Shown piece by piece: positions 29,560 through 39,895 of a stretch of DNA of 64,000 nucleotides. Source of the stretch: Desulfurococcaceae archaeon. Lineage in GTDB: Archaea > Thermoproteota > Thermoprotei_A > Sulfolobales > Desulfurococcaceae. Below the pieces are notes generated by a model. That model was not told the DNA's origin and searched no databases. It was given only the letters and a program-made list of their open reading frames with translations. Location of the stretch: positions 1-64,000 of the forward strand of contig JAWBBW010000005.1 of the NCBI GenBank assembly GCA_038824035.1, written 5' to 3'. The position numbers and the translations under genes were made by a program. How positions within the stretch are numbered: position 1 is the stretch's first letter; each line of letters opens with the position of its first letter.

Positions 29560-31833
29560 TTACACTATCGGCGGGATTTCTTTGTCTAATAAGAATCCCT
29601 GAGTAGGTTTGTATAAGATGAGGTGATCGATGATATAGATAGCTTTTCTCCTCGATAATACCTGGTTATTATTACCGCAATATGGGCTATAAACACATCT
29701 AGGACACCCATCTTCGCAATCACATTTGTTGAGTATTAAATACGATGTCTCAAGCGTTTTCTCAAATCTCTCATATAATAACTTGGAAAGACCACTTCCA
29801 CCCATGACAGCATCATATATGATTATGTCCCCTTTTGGGTAGCTAATACCTCCCATATCTGTTAAACCAGCCCCACACGTTATCCGCGTAGCCGAGATGA
29901 GTACGTGTTCAATGGCGTGGAAAGCTTCCATGTGATCCCGAGGCCTTAGGCCAGGTATTTCCGGGAATTTAGATAGAACAGCCCTTGTTTGATAACTATA
30001 TCTAATCGGTTCATCGAAAAACTCCTTGCTCAGGGTTTCGCCGCTGAATACATCCTTCAACACATACCCATTTACGCTAAGCTCCAAGTAGACCTTTCCA
30101 TAGGCTATTGGTATGCCATGTCTGGTTTCTCTTTCGTAAACAACGTCATGACTAAGTACATTGACAGTGTATAATGGCTTGGTATAATATTTCAAACTAT
30201 AACCGCTTTTCTCAACATATGCCCTCATATTATGTAAATCGATCTTAACTGTCCTATATGGTTTACCCAAGTATATGTATATGGAGCCAGGGTATAGCTC
30301 CAATAGAGCTGTTGGTAATTCACGGGTTGCGATGACCTCGTCTTTCTCTATGTCCACTATGTCTACTTGTGGGCCACATGAACGAATATTCCCCTTACTA
30401 TTAAAGAAATGCATAGATTGAGAGAAGTTCACCACTATGTATTTTCCAATCCTATTCACCAATGCATTATATGAGAGCTCGTTTAATACTGCTTGCCATT
30501 CATTTGATAGTTCGTCGACTCTGCATTTGCCAACTTGAAGTAAATAGGCCACTAAGTGTAGCTTGGATATCTCCTCATTATATGGTTCAATAACATTCTG
30601 CCCTAGTTCTTGGTTGAAAAACCTATCGGGGAATATTGAATAATAAGCATCAATTGGGTCATCACCAAGTATTGTGAACACATATCCCTTACCCCTTCTA
30701 CCAGCTCTCCCAGCTCTTTGAAGATACTTCGCATATGAAGGTGGTGGGGAAACCATGATAACTGCATCTAAGACACCTATATCTATACCCAGTTCAAGAG
30801 TCGGGGTTGCGACAACTCCTTGTAAGACACCATCTCTCAGTTGGTTCTCGATATCCTTGCGTATATCTGCTGGTAACCCCGCCCTATGAACCATTACATT
30901 TAAGTCGAGCTTATCCCTAATGATACTTGTCAACATTTCAGCCATTTGCTGGCTATCTACGAATATTAGAAACCTTAACCCATTCTTAGATAAAAACCCA
31001 GCTAGAAAAGAGGCAATACTCCACCTACTCAAATTGCCAGTCGAGACCAATACATGTATGACTTTACCTTTCCTGCCAATGTTTTCACGTATCTCGACAA
31101 AATCCTCGTTAAAAATCATTTCCGCGAATTCCTTGGGATTACCGATCGTAGCTGATGACCCTATGAATTGGGGTTTTGTGTCCTTGCTTTTCTTTATCCT
31201 GTGTACAATGTGGTGAAGGTGGCTCCCAAACACCCCTTCATATACATGTAGTTCATCGAATACAAAGATGTCCGCATTTTTAACAAATTTCTTTATATAA
31301 GGGCTGTGGACAAGGCCTATATGAATCATATCCGGGTTTGTAATGATTATGGAGGTTGGATTAGACGCTATACGGTCTCTAACAACCCTGGGGGTGTCGC
31401 CATCATATATGCTTATACTCGCAAGTCCATATGTACCGTATTCTATGAATCTCTTCAATTGATCTCTGGCTAACGCCTTAGTTGGATAGGCTATCATTGA
31501 TCTGGGGTTCGGGGATGGGTATTCCAGGATCTTCTTGAGTATTGGCAAGAAAAACGCCTCTGTCTTACCAGTTCCTGTTCCAGCTGATATAACCACGTTG
31601 TATCCATCTAGGATCTTTCTGTATGCATCGTATTGGAATCTATACAGCCTTGTGATCCCCTTTTTTTCCAATTTTCTTACAATATCGGGTGATAGTTCGA
31701 TCTCATATATACTGGGACCTGGCTCTGGTTCTTTGACCTCATCTATTTTCTCGTAAATCACCTTGGCATTGTTAAGTGCATATACTCTTCCTAGTTCATC
31801 GTTCAATTCGTTTATCAATTGGTCCTTGAACAT
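29560..31833 (-). CDS. SF2 DEAH-box helicase with C-terminal DUF1998 Zn domain (Hrq1/MrfA/SftH-like)
   Basis: GTGTGKT, YPTKALARDQ, DELH, SAT, TLELGIDIG, QRAGRAGR, HAIEH, CDCEDGCPRC. Confidence 0.92.
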   Translation of the reverse strand: MFKDQLINELNDELGRVYALNNAKVIYEKIDEVKEPEPGPSIYEIELSPDIVRKLEKKGITRLYRFQYDAYRKILDGYNVVISAGTGTGKTEAFFLPILKKILEYPSPNPRSMIAYPTKALARDQLKRFIEYGTYGLASISIYDGDTPRVVRDRIASNPTSIIITNPDMIHIGLVHSPYIKKFVKNADIFVFDELHVYEGVFGSHLHHIVHRIKKSKDTKPQFIGSSATIGNPKEFAEMIFNEDFVEIRENIGRKGKVIHVLVSTGNLSRWSIASFLAGFLSKNGLRFLIFVDSQQMAEMLTSIIRDKLDLNVMVHRAGLPADIRKDIENQLRDGVLQGVVATPTLELGIDIGVLDAVIMVSPPPSYAKYLQRAGRAGRRGKGYVFTILGDDPIDAYYSIFPDRFFNQELGQNVIEPYNEEISKLHLVAYLLQVGKCRVDELSNEWQAVLNELSYNALVNRIGKYIVVNFSQSMHFFNSKGNIRSCGPQVDIVDIEKDEVIATRELPTALLELYPGSIYIYLGKPYRTVKIDLHNMRAYVEKSGYSLKYYTKPLYTVNVLSHDVVYERETRHGIPIAYGKVYLELSVNGYVLKDVFSGETLSKEFFDEPIRYSYQTRAVLSKFPEIPGLRPRDHMEAFHAIEHVLISATRITCGAGLTDMGGISYPKGDIIIYDAVMGGSGLSKLLYERFEKTLETSYLILNKCDCEDGCPRCVYSPYCGNNNQVLSRRKAIYIIDHLILYKPTQGFLLDKEIPPIV

Positions 31834-31836
31834 TGA

Positions 31837-32061
31837 TCAACCCTTTGAAACAAACTCCCTGATAAACCTCTCGTTTTTCGAGAGTTTTTTCCACAATTTA
31901 TAATGTTCTTCGCAAAGGTAAACATATCCCATTCTACGTGGTGGTTTAGCGTTGACAGGGGTGAATTTTATCCCAGTTCTCGAAAAGACCTTAGCATCGT
32001 TGTAATTTATCTTATGGACTCCTAGTCTATTACAATTTTCAATACAACACTTAATCTCCAA
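31837..32061 (-). CDS. Small Zn-finger protein (CxxxxC...CxxH)
   Basis: CCIENC...YLCEEHYKLWKK. Confidence 0.75.
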   Translation of the reverse strand: MEIKCCIENCNRLGVHKINYNDAKVFSRTGIKFTPVNAKPPRRMGYVYLCEEHYKLWKKLSKNERFIREFVSKG

Positions 32062-32160
32062 AACACATCACACTTTTTGTTGATTACAGTGATAAATTAT
32101 AATTCTAACCATCATTTATTTACCCAGAGTCCTAGTCCTTATATAGAGATGGTGGCCAAG

Positions 32161-33561
32161 ATGTCTTTTGTGAACGTAGACCTGGACATGGTTGTTAAAA
32201 AAGGTCTTGAACTAGGCGCTGATTTCATTGATGTAAGGTACCAGGAATATTATTCTGAAATCATAGTGTTGGATAACGGCGTGGTGAGAGAACTCAGCGT
32301 GAACAATGTCCATGGACTAGGTATACGTGTCATCGTTGATGGATATATGGTGTACTCGTCGATAAACAACCTCTCAATGAAAAATATAGAAGAGATTCTA
32401 GAGAGGGCTATAAAAATAGCCAAGAACCTGGGACCTGGAGGACAAAAACGCGATCTCGAGAAAAGGGCCACTCAACGGGCCAGGTTGAGTAGCACATATG
32501 TGATCGATGCCGAGGATGTAGATTTCGAGGAGAAAATAGACATACTTCGCTCCATGTATAGTGAAGTAAGTAAGATCGAAAATGTGATCAGCGTTACAAT
32601 ACCCTATGGATATGAAAGGGATAGACGAGTTTACGTCTCAAGTAATGGAGATTATATTGATTATACTCGTAGAATGATTGGCATTTCCACTAGGATAGTC
32701 TCATTATACGAGGGTAAATATGAATCAATTTCAGACTCCAGATCCAAAGTGGCTGGATGGGAGTTCGTAAAGTCCCAGGACTGGGTTGATTACGCCGTTG
32801 AAAACGGTAAATTGGCTGTCGACCTAGCCAAGGCCACTAGAATTAAACCAGGTAAATACGATGTGATCTTAGATAATGAAATGGTTGGACTCATGCTCCA
32901 CGAGGCATTCGGACATGCCAGCGAAGCGGATGCCGTTGAATCCGGAGCAAGTGTTTTGAGAGATAAGATCGGAGAGATGGTTGCAAGCGATCAAGTCTCG
33001 ATAATAGATGACGGCATGGTCGAAAATGGTGTTTTAATACCATTCGATGACGAGGGAACACCTAAAAAGAAGACATATATTGTCGAGGAAGGCGTTTTAA
33101 AGACATTTATAACAAGTCTCTCAACTTCCAAGAGCCTTGGCTTAGAGCCAACTGGCAATGCCAGGGTAATGACCTATAGACACCCTATACTAGTTAGACA
33201 GACCAATATATATATGGAGCCTCGTGATTGGGGTGAGGAAGAGATGATAAAAGACACTAAAAAGGGGTTATATGTGACAGGTAGAGGTGCAAGAGGCGGC
33301 GAAGTCAATCCTCTCGCAGGGACTTTCACATTTACAAGTGGCCCTGTATATGTCATCGAGAACGGGGAGTTAGCTCATTTGGTAAAAGGCGTTATGCTCA
33401 GCGGATTCATACTTGAAACCCTGAAAAGAATAGATGCTGTAGGGAGAAACCTCGTAATTAAGACAAGTGTTTTCGGTGGTTGTGGTAAAGCTGGCCAAAC
33501 AGTTAGAGTTGGTTATGGAGGTCCATACGTGAGGGTCAAGGACTTTGTTATAGGTGGTTAA
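32161..33561 (+). CDS. tldD: TldD metalloprotease subunit
   Basis: LHEAFGHASEAD, FDDEG, TGNAR, RQTN, GGCGK; start probably 32149 or 32161. Confidence 0.93.
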   Translation: MSFVNVDLDMVVKKGLELGADFIDVRYQEYYSEIIVLDNGVVRELSVNNVHGLGIRVIVDGYMVYSSINNLSMKNIEEILERAIKIAKNLGPGGQKRDLEKRATQRARLSSTYVIDAEDVDFEEKIDILRSMYSEVSKIENVISVTIPYGYERDRRVYVSSNGDYIDYTRRMIGISTRIVSLYEGKYESISDSRSKVAGWEFVKSQDWVDYAVENGKLAVDLAKATRIKPGKYDVILDNEMVGLMLHEAFGHASEADAVESGASVLRDKIGEMVASDQVSIIDDGMVENGVLIPFDDEGTPKKKTYIVEEGVLKTFITSLSTSKSLGLEPTGNARVMTYRHPILVRQTNIYMEPRDWGEEEMIKDTKKGLYVTGRGARGGEVNPLAGTFTFTSGPVYVIENGELAHLVKGVMLSGFILETLKRIDAVGRNLVIKTSVFGGCGKAGQTVRVGYGGPYVRVKDFVIGG

Positions 33562-34915
33562 AATGACCATTGACCCGGAGATATTGGTCAAGAGATCGAG
33601 AGAATATGGGCTCGAAGAACTGGAGATGTATACATTGAGTTCTAGGACTTTGCAATTAGAGATTTCCAATAATAAGATCAGTGAAATGGTTACATCAATA
33701 AACAAGGTAATAGCTATACGGGGCTCTATTGGAAAGCGTGTTGGAAGCATTGTATTGAACGACTCAGCATTAAACCCTGAGACCGCTTTATCGAAACTAG
33801 CAAAGATAACTAAGGCGAATCCCGAGGATGAGAACTGGCCCGGTTTTCCATCAGAAAAAGGCCCAGTCACTAACACATTGTGTTATGATAAGGAGATCGG
33901 TGATATTGACGAATCCATTATCCCTGGATACTTACATGGTTTTATAAATAGGGCAATAGATGTAGCTATGAAGAATGGTGCAGAGAGAGCAAAGGTTGTT
34001 GAAGGGGCTTGGACACTTGGCGTAAGCGAGTTGATGATCATCAATTCCAATGGACTGCATAGAACAACTAAGTGTAGTTCAAACACGTTCAACATGACAG
34101 TGAGTGTTGAAACAACAAGTGGTGAAGCGGATAAATCGATGTGGTTAGCCAATAGGAGGCTTGATATAGATGAGATTGAACAGTTAATAGAAGAAGAAAC
34201 AAGCCGAGCTACATTGTTCATAGGAGCTAAACCCGTTGAGAGCGGTAAATATGATATATTATTCACACCTGAAACTGCAGGCATGCTCATATCCACGTTA
34301 CTTATCCCAGCTATATCGGCTCTTAATATATTGGAAAATAGAAGCCCACTCAAGGATAAAATAAACAAAGAAGTATTCTCCACAGATGTAAACATCGTTG
34401 ATGACCCCTCATTACCGTTTGAAATAGGTAGCAGGGGCTTTGACGACGAAGGTATTGGGACCAGGAACAAGACTATAATCGACAAGGGCGTGTTTAAACA
34501 ACCTCTTCACTCGTATTACACCGCGAGGAAAGCAAACGCTGACCCAACTGGTAACGGCTTTCGCTCATCTCCAGGATCTCAGCCAATACCATACATAACG
34601 AATATGATCCTGAGAGAAAGGGGAGGGGGGCTCGACGATTTCGCTAGGGATGTTAAGAAAGGCATTGTTATATACGAGATGATAGGATATTGGATGAGTA
34701 ATCCCGTAAATGGAATAGTGAAAGCCACCGTGACACATGGATTATTAATAGAGAACGGTGAGGTGGTTAGACCGGTTAAGGGCGTGGTTATAACGGGCAA
34801 TATCTATGATTGGTTAACGCTTAACCTCGCTGCTATTGGCGGGGACCTAGTTATAAAGGCCGGCGTAGGATCCCCAACTCTGTGGATTAGAGATGTCGAC
34901 ATCGGAGGAGAATAG
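33554..34915 (+). CDS. pmbA: PmbA/TldE subunit
   Basis: FDDEG, TGNG, no HExxH; coupled to tldD. Confidence 0.9.
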   Translation: MVKMTIDPEILVKRSREYGLEELEMYTLSSRTLQLEISNNKISEMVTSINKVIAIRGSIGKRVGSIVLNDSALNPETALSKLAKITKANPEDENWPGFPSEKGPVTNTLCYDKEIGDIDESIIPGYLHGFINRAIDVAMKNGAERAKVVEGAWTLGVSELMIINSNGLHRTTKCSSNTFNMTVSVETTSGEADKSMWLANRRLDIDEIEQLIEEETSRATLFIGAKPVESGKYDILFTPETAGMLISTLLIPAISALNILENRSPLKDKINKEVFSTDVNIVDDPSLPFEIGSRGFDDEGIGTRNKTIIDKGVFKQPLHSYYTARKANADPTGNGFRSSPGSQPIPYITNMILRERGGGLDDFARDVKKGIVIYEMIGYWMSNPVNGIVKATVTHGLLIENGEVVRPVKGVVITGNIYDWLTLNLAAIGGDLVIKAGVGSPTLWIRDVDIGGE

Positions 34916-34923
34916 AATACTTC

Positions 34924-35838
34924 TCAATCAATATGCCTTAGCATCAATATTTCGTTACTGGAAAGTTTCAAGCTCCCGGTTTCAGTCTCTATTACAAGGT
35001 CCCCTGTTTCACTTATACTCCTGGCAACACCTCTGATCTCTCCACTTCTCGTTAAAGCTAGGACTTTTCTGCCCAGAGTAGACATATACTCTAAGTATTC
35101 AAGTTTTATACTTTCTCTATTTTCTGCATATTTTTCTATTCTACCCATCACGCTCACTATGTATGAAATAACGCGATTCCGTGGGATCAATTGTCCTATT
35201 ACATCCTTAATGCTAATAGCCGTTTCCAATGGTGGATCGTTATTAACATTGATACCTATGCCAACATATGCGATAATCCGCGTTCCAACATATTCGCCCT
35301 CTATCAAGAACCCGGCCGCTTTCTTATCTCCGAGGATAATGTCATTTGGCCATTTTATTTGAGCATTCAACTTTATTCTCTCTCTGAGAAATCTACATAG
35401 AAGTGTTGGCACGGTGATCGGTAGTAATTGCGCAGCACTTGGCGATACATTGAACTTAGCTGTCATCCATATACCACCCAAATTGCTCAGCCATTTTTTA
35501 CCATGACGGCCAATACCGCTTGACTGATACTCAGCAATCACGATACTCCAAGTCGGTAAGTGCTTGCTAGCCTTCATAGTGGACCCCAGGAATGGTCTAT
35601 AAACATAGTTCCATCCCCATGGATTGATCTTAAGCGGGTTATCGCCATCGAGCCATTTAACGGATGATTTCTCCAATCTGATCATATAGTTTCTCTTCAT
35701 CTCATCAATCACCGCTAATGCCTCATCCATGGAAATCCCTACTTCCCTCTCTATTTCCATCAGCGAGAGCTCGCTTTTATTGGCAAGTATTCTCAAAAGC
35801 TCTAATTTCAAGGGAATATTGTCAACAAGCTCTGCCAC
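34924..35838 (-). CDS. birA: Biotin--protein ligase with N-terminal HTH-like domain
   Basis: AEYQSSGIGRHGKKW, IKWPNDI, KK.AG.L.E, GIGINVN, C-terminal SH3-like domain. Confidence 0.85.
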   Translation of the reverse strand: MAELVDNIPLKLELLRILANKSELSLMEIEREVGISMDEALAVIDEMKRNYMIRLEKSSVKWLDGDNPLKINPWGWNYVYRPFLGSTMKASKHLPTWSIVIAEYQSSGIGRHGKKWLSNLGGIWMTAKFNVSPSAAQLLPITVPTLLCRFLRERIKLNAQIKWPNDIILGDKKAAGFLIEGEYVGTRIIAYVGIGINVNNDPPLETAISIKDVIGQLIPRNRVISYIVSVMGRIEKYAENRESIKLEYLEYMSTLGRKVLALTRSGEIRGVARSISETGDLVIETETGSLKLSSNEILMLRHID

Positions 35839-36502
35839 AATCCCTCACCTTTTCGATTACCCTGTCTACACCAAGCCTGTTTGGTAAATCTGGGTAATAA
35901 TACCTCAGGAACTCATAGAGATTGACCATTCTTGCATTAGGCCTGCTTGTCTTTATCTCCACCAGGCCTTCTCTCCACAGCTTTGATAACAGGTATAACA
36001 AGTAATTTCTGATATTCTCGGCCTCTCTCATCGCCTGGTATTCTTCTTTAATATAGTGGAAAACTAATGCCGGGTTAGAAATGTGTTTTTCCAATATAGG
36101 CTTATCTCTCTTAACTACGGGGCAGACAAGGCTAAGTCCATAATCAGCTTCCGCTGATATATACTTATTCACATCATCAATAGTGTACCTGACATGGCGA
36201 GGGACATAAGGAAAGGTACGGCATATGTAGGGCTTGTATATATTGTGAATAATGCACTTGTTCTTTTGTAGAAAAACACACTTGCCATTGGACAATTCGA
36301 GTATATTACTAAAAGCTATCAACACATCACTGATCTCCTCGTACACGGTATACCCAGCTTTGATATTCACCTTAATACCTAGTTCCTTGCCTATAGCCCT
36401 TAATATGACTTCTTCATGAGGTAAAGTAGATATTGAGGATAAGGTGCAACAATATCCACACATATTGCACTTAAACACTGGTATGGTATCTAACTCGCCC
36501 AT
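35822..36502 (-). CDS. YkgJ-family cysteine-cluster protein
   Basis: FKCNMCGYCC, CVFL...C.IH..KPYICRTFPY, CP. Confidence 0.85.
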   Translation of the reverse strand: MGELDTIPVFKCNMCGYCCTLSSISTLPHEEVILRAIGKELGIKVNIKAGYTVYEEISDVLIAFSNILELSNGKCVFLQKNKCIIHNIYKPYICRTFPYVPRHVRYTIDDVNKYISAEADYGLSLVCPVVKRDKPILEKHISNPALVFHYIKEEYQAMREAENIRNYLLYLLSKLWREGLVEIKTSRPNARMVNLYEFLRYYYPDLPNRLGVDRVIEKVRDCGRAC

Positions 36503-36517
36503 TTCAACTCGCCGATT

Positions 36518-37069
36518 TCAAGCTGTGACGTAGTAACCAGGTATTTTTTCACGATAAAGGCTCTTAATCCTATTAACGCCGTTAATATGTTCTATGAACT
36601 CTGCCACTGGTGGTGGCACAAGGTTTTTCCACTCTGGGTCATCTTCGGCAATCATTTTCCTTATCACCGAGCCCTTGTACTTATCCCTATTAATTTCTGG
36701 CGGTATGTCTATATTATAACCTTCCTCGACAAAAATCTGCCTGATGATGGGGTTAAGAGTGATAACACAAGAAAACTCCGGGCTATACAGCTTAACATAG
36801 TGCACTGACACCTTGCTGACCTCTAGTGTGGGCAGAGTGATGGTTATTATCCTTGATAAGTCATGGCCTCTCCATTTGAGTGATTCCCTAATCATGGTTA
36901 CTCTCTCGCCCGCTGTAAAGGGGTTTTCAGGTGTATGGCTTTGACTAGCCATTCCGATCACTATTATCGCCTCATCGTATTTGTTGAGACAGTATTCGAT
37001 AGCGTTCAAATGGCCATAGTGAAATGGCTGAAACCTGGCAATCATGAGACATCTCTGAGCTTTCCTCAT
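36518..37069 (-). CDS. nadM: Nicotinamide-nucleotide adenylyltransferase (NadM-type)
   Basis: RFQPFHYGH, SHTPENPFTAGER, W..LVP. Confidence 0.92.
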   Translation of the reverse strand: MRKAQRCLMIARFQPFHYGHLNAIEYCLNKYDEAIIVIGMASQSHTPENPFTAGERVTMIRESLKWRGHDLSRIITITLPTLEVSKVSVHYVKLYSPEFSCVITLNPIIRQIFVEEGYNIDIPPEINRDKYKGSVIRKMIAEDDPEWKNLVPPPVAEFIEHINGVNRIKSLYREKIPGYYVTA

Positions 37070-37125
37070 ATAGATCCCTTTTTAAGATATCACATTCATT
37101 ACTAAAAACAACAAAACATGTCATC

Positions 37126-37140
37126 GTATAAAGTTTATAC
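37126..37140. promoter_or_regulatory. Perfect 7-1-7 palindrome containing a TATA-like box upstream of nadM
   Basis: GTATAAA-G-TTTATAC, 57 bp upstream of the nadM start. Confidence 0.45.
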
Positions 37141-37172
37141 AGGACTCATCCCCGGTTCTTAGCCGATCGATC

Positions 37173-37532
37173 TCAGGTCTTGGCAAAACTCGCCCGGAGT
37201 CTTTCAAGGTATTTCTCGAGCATGTTTGAAACCTCCTTGGATTTCTCCCTCTCCATGCTTATGATGCACTGCTCCACCAACTCTCTCCTATACCATTTAT
37301 ACTCATCCTGTGATATCTCACCCTTGCTCAATAACTCGTTTACACGCGATATACATTCTTGCTCCAATAACCGCTTCCTAACGGCCACGATGTATATATA
37401 TGGATACCTTGGATCAACCTGTTTCACTTCCACCAATGACTGTATCTCCGCCTTCACGATCAAGTCTCTAATTTTTTCCAACTCGGTGTGTTCAAATATA
37501 TAGCAATCATATCTTTTGAACGCTTTCAACAT
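37173..37532 (-). CDS. Hypothetical protein
   Basis: 119 aa, helical and charged, in operon orientation. Confidence 0.7.
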   Translation of the reverse strand: MLKAFKRYDCYIFEHTELEKIRDLIVKAEIQSLVEVKQVDPRYPYIYIVAVRKRLLEQECISRVNELLSKGEISQDEYKWYRRELVEQCIISMEREKSKEVSNMLEKYLERLRASFAKT

Positions 37533-37558
37533 TTTCTCAGCTAATACGAGTATCTCCG

Positions 37559-37981
37559 TTATAATTCATCACCCAAGATCATTTTTGTCACAGGGATCTT
37601 TACAACATCTACAAATACCCGTATTAACCATGCATAAATTGGATTACCAACACTTCTCCTAACAACGCCATCCACGTACTTACCTCTATAGAGTAATTCA
37701 CCTTTATAATTATAGACACTGATATAGCCCTTTACTCTTCCAGCGAAATTCTTGACAAACCTTGAATAGATCACGAAATAACCCGGCTCCACTGCTATCT
37801 TAACAACCTTAGCCCATCCCTTTACATAGGTTGGCTTATCCTGGCTTTCCTCAATTACAAATCCTGAAAACGTGGATAAGCCCTTTTCCCTGGAGTAGAT
37901 ATATAAGTTACTGTAGATAACATGCTTGCCAGACCTACTGGTAGAGTTTTCAATCTTGAAGGGGCCGATGATCGTTCTCAC
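37559..37981 (-). CDS. Hypothetical basic beta-rich protein
   Basis: 140 aa with TSRSGKH motif, rich in aromatic and basic residues. Confidence 0.75.
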   Translation of the reverse strand: MRTIIGPFKIENSTSRSGKHVIYSNLYIYSREKGLSTFSGFVIEESQDKPTYVKGWAKVVKIAVEPGYFVIYSRFVKNFAGRVKGYISVYNYKGELLYRGKYVDGVVRRSVGNPIYAWLIRVFVDVVKIPVTKMILGDEL

Positions 37982-37991
37982 GGTCGCATCC

Positions 37992-38237
37992 TCAACCAGA
38001 TATGTAGAGCAGGGTGTTCTCTCTTAATTCTATTATGGGCTTTTCACAATCTATTACCAACACAAGTGGATTACGCGATAATTGCCTGCTTATTCTCACC
38101 TCCGCGTTTTTTATGACTATTTGCTTCACATCCCTATATCTTTCTGTTTTCTCGAGTTTGCCTGCCTGGGTATAAGTCCAGACCTCGACGTCGAAGCAAT
38201 CATACTTAGGATCTATTGAAACAAATACCTTGACCAT
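37992..38237 (-). CDS. Hypothetical small protein
   Basis: 81 aa with GGTGA RBS. Confidence 0.7.
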   Translation of the reverse strand: MVKVFVSIDPKYDCFDVEVWTYTQAGKLEKTERYRDVKQIVIKNAEVRISRQLSRNPLVLVIDCEKPIIELRENTLLYISG

Positions 38238-38248
38238 ACAATCACCGA

Positions 38249-39784
38249 TTACTCTCTGCCCAGAAAATTTATGCCAGTAATCTCCTTGTATATTTCTCTA
38301 ATTGCTTTTTTATACTCATCATCACTTAAGCCCAGCATTGATTTTAAGGCATCCATTAGGATGGATGATACTTTGCTCTCGAATCTAATGTCGTATTTCT
38401 CCCTAGAAATATATGCCCTGAATATAACCATGAACGGCGATCCATCCTCGAATGGGCTGAAATCTGTATCCAGGATTATCTCCTTCTCAACTCTTTTACC
38501 CAGATATAACACAGGCTGTTTATGCAGAGATCCTTTGCTGGGACACAGCAATGATCTTGGCACAGGGGATATATCCAAAACATCAACCCATACATCGTCC
38601 TCACCTACATTGTCACTCTTTAATGCATCGGCGAGAAGCAATTGCAGAGATTGAGCTATCTTTAGACGTTTCCCTTTATCCAATATTATCCTCAGCGTCT
38701 CTTTAAACATTCTTGGATCTCTATAACCAGGCAAGACCACATCCTTTCCCACTCTTCTCCACAATGGTTTTCTATCCATTAAGATCCTGCGGCACAGATA
38801 TCCCAGCCTAGATTGCTCGTGGCGTGCTTTTTGAAACATTACACTGTATAGAAATGCATCTATTAACTCGAGGTAACCCCATGGATCTTTACCCGTGATC
38901 GCCAATACCCTTTGAGTTAAATCAAGTTCTTTATCGAGGTTTTTTAATATCTCGTCAAGCATTTTATCAAATGCCCTGCATACACTGTGATAGTAGACGT
39001 GTTCAAACATACTTGCCCTAGCCCGCATATACTGTCTCAGTTCACCAAGCGCCACTCTATCTAAGACCAATACCCATCCTTCATCATACAAAAACGGATA
39101 TGTATTCCTATAGAGCCTTTCATATGCTATGAAACCGTATTCGCTGGTACCTGCGTAGTAGCTATCCCTCCTAAGGTAATCCACTACATCCACTGGGTAT
39201 AAGCCCTCTGTCAATATCCATTTATAGATCTTGATCACCCCTTTCACGCTCATATCCCCCAGCAAGGCGTACACCAATTCTCTCACGCCATTGAGCTCTC
39301 TATCTACCTTTTCCAGGTACTCGTCTAGCAACAGCTTCACCAATACATGCCCTATTCTCTCATGACTAGAAACCTCGCTTGGCATGTTCTTTTCCCATAG
39401 TATGGAGTGTTCGAAGGAATGTCCAAAAGGAGCATGACCGACATCGTGCAAGAGACCGGCGATCCTCATCGCCTCTATTAAGATAGTTGGCTTATACCCA
39501 TCTAGTATTTCATGGCCATGGATCGAGATTAACTTAGCCGTGAGCTCTTCCGCGACAATTCCTGCTAAGTGCATGACGCCTAGGCTGTGTTGAAACCTCG
39601 TATGGACTGCACCAGGATATACTAGGTGGGCTGTCTGAAGTTGCATTATATATCTAAGTCTTTGTACTAACACGTTGTTGATGATTGGCTCTTCTATTTC
39701 GTTGAAGTAAACATAGCCGTAGAGCGGATCACTGATCATTTTCCAGTTATAACCAGGCCTTGGGATGAAATGGTATTCTTTCAA
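38249..39784 (-). CDS. HD-domain phosphohydrolase, SAMHD1/dNTPase-like (COG1078)
   Basis: ISDPLYG, QRLRYIMQL, VYPGAVHTRFQHSLG, LLHDVGHAPFGH, D..DYL.RD, VYYH. Confidence 0.9.
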   Translation of the reverse strand: MKEYHFIPRPGYNWKMISDPLYGYVYFNEIEEPIINNVLVQRLRYIMQLQTAHLVYPGAVHTRFQHSLGVMHLAGIVAEELTAKLISIHGHEILDGYKPTILIEAMRIAGLLHDVGHAPFGHSFEHSILWEKNMPSEVSSHERIGHVLVKLLLDEYLEKVDRELNGVRELVYALLGDMSVKGVIKIYKWILTEGLYPVDVVDYLRRDSYYAGTSEYGFIAYERLYRNTYPFLYDEGWVLVLDRVALGELRQYMRARASMFEHVYYHSVCRAFDKMLDEILKNLDKELDLTQRVLAITGKDPWGYLELIDAFLYSVMFQKARHEQSRLGYLCRRILMDRKPLWRRVGKDVVLPGYRDPRMFKETLRIILDKGKRLKIAQSLQLLLADALKSDNVGEDDVWVDVLDISPVPRSLLCPSKGSLHKQPVLYLGKRVEKEIILDTDFSPFEDGSPFMVIFRAYISREKYDIRFESKVSSILMDALKSMLGLSDDEYKKAIREIYKEITGINFLGRE

Positions 39785-39895
39785 GAGACCACCACGTAAA
39801 ATAAGGAAAAAGAGTTTTATTAGGGAAAAACAATAGATTAAAAACCCAAAAATCTACATCACAATATCCGTATTAACTCAATGCACATGCCTTCA

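Noticed and set aside
32161-34915. TldD/PmbA plus the SagB-like gene as a RiPP cluster
   Set aside because: The genes are >20 kb apart with no YcaO or precursor peptide; TldD/E is common housekeeping in archaea
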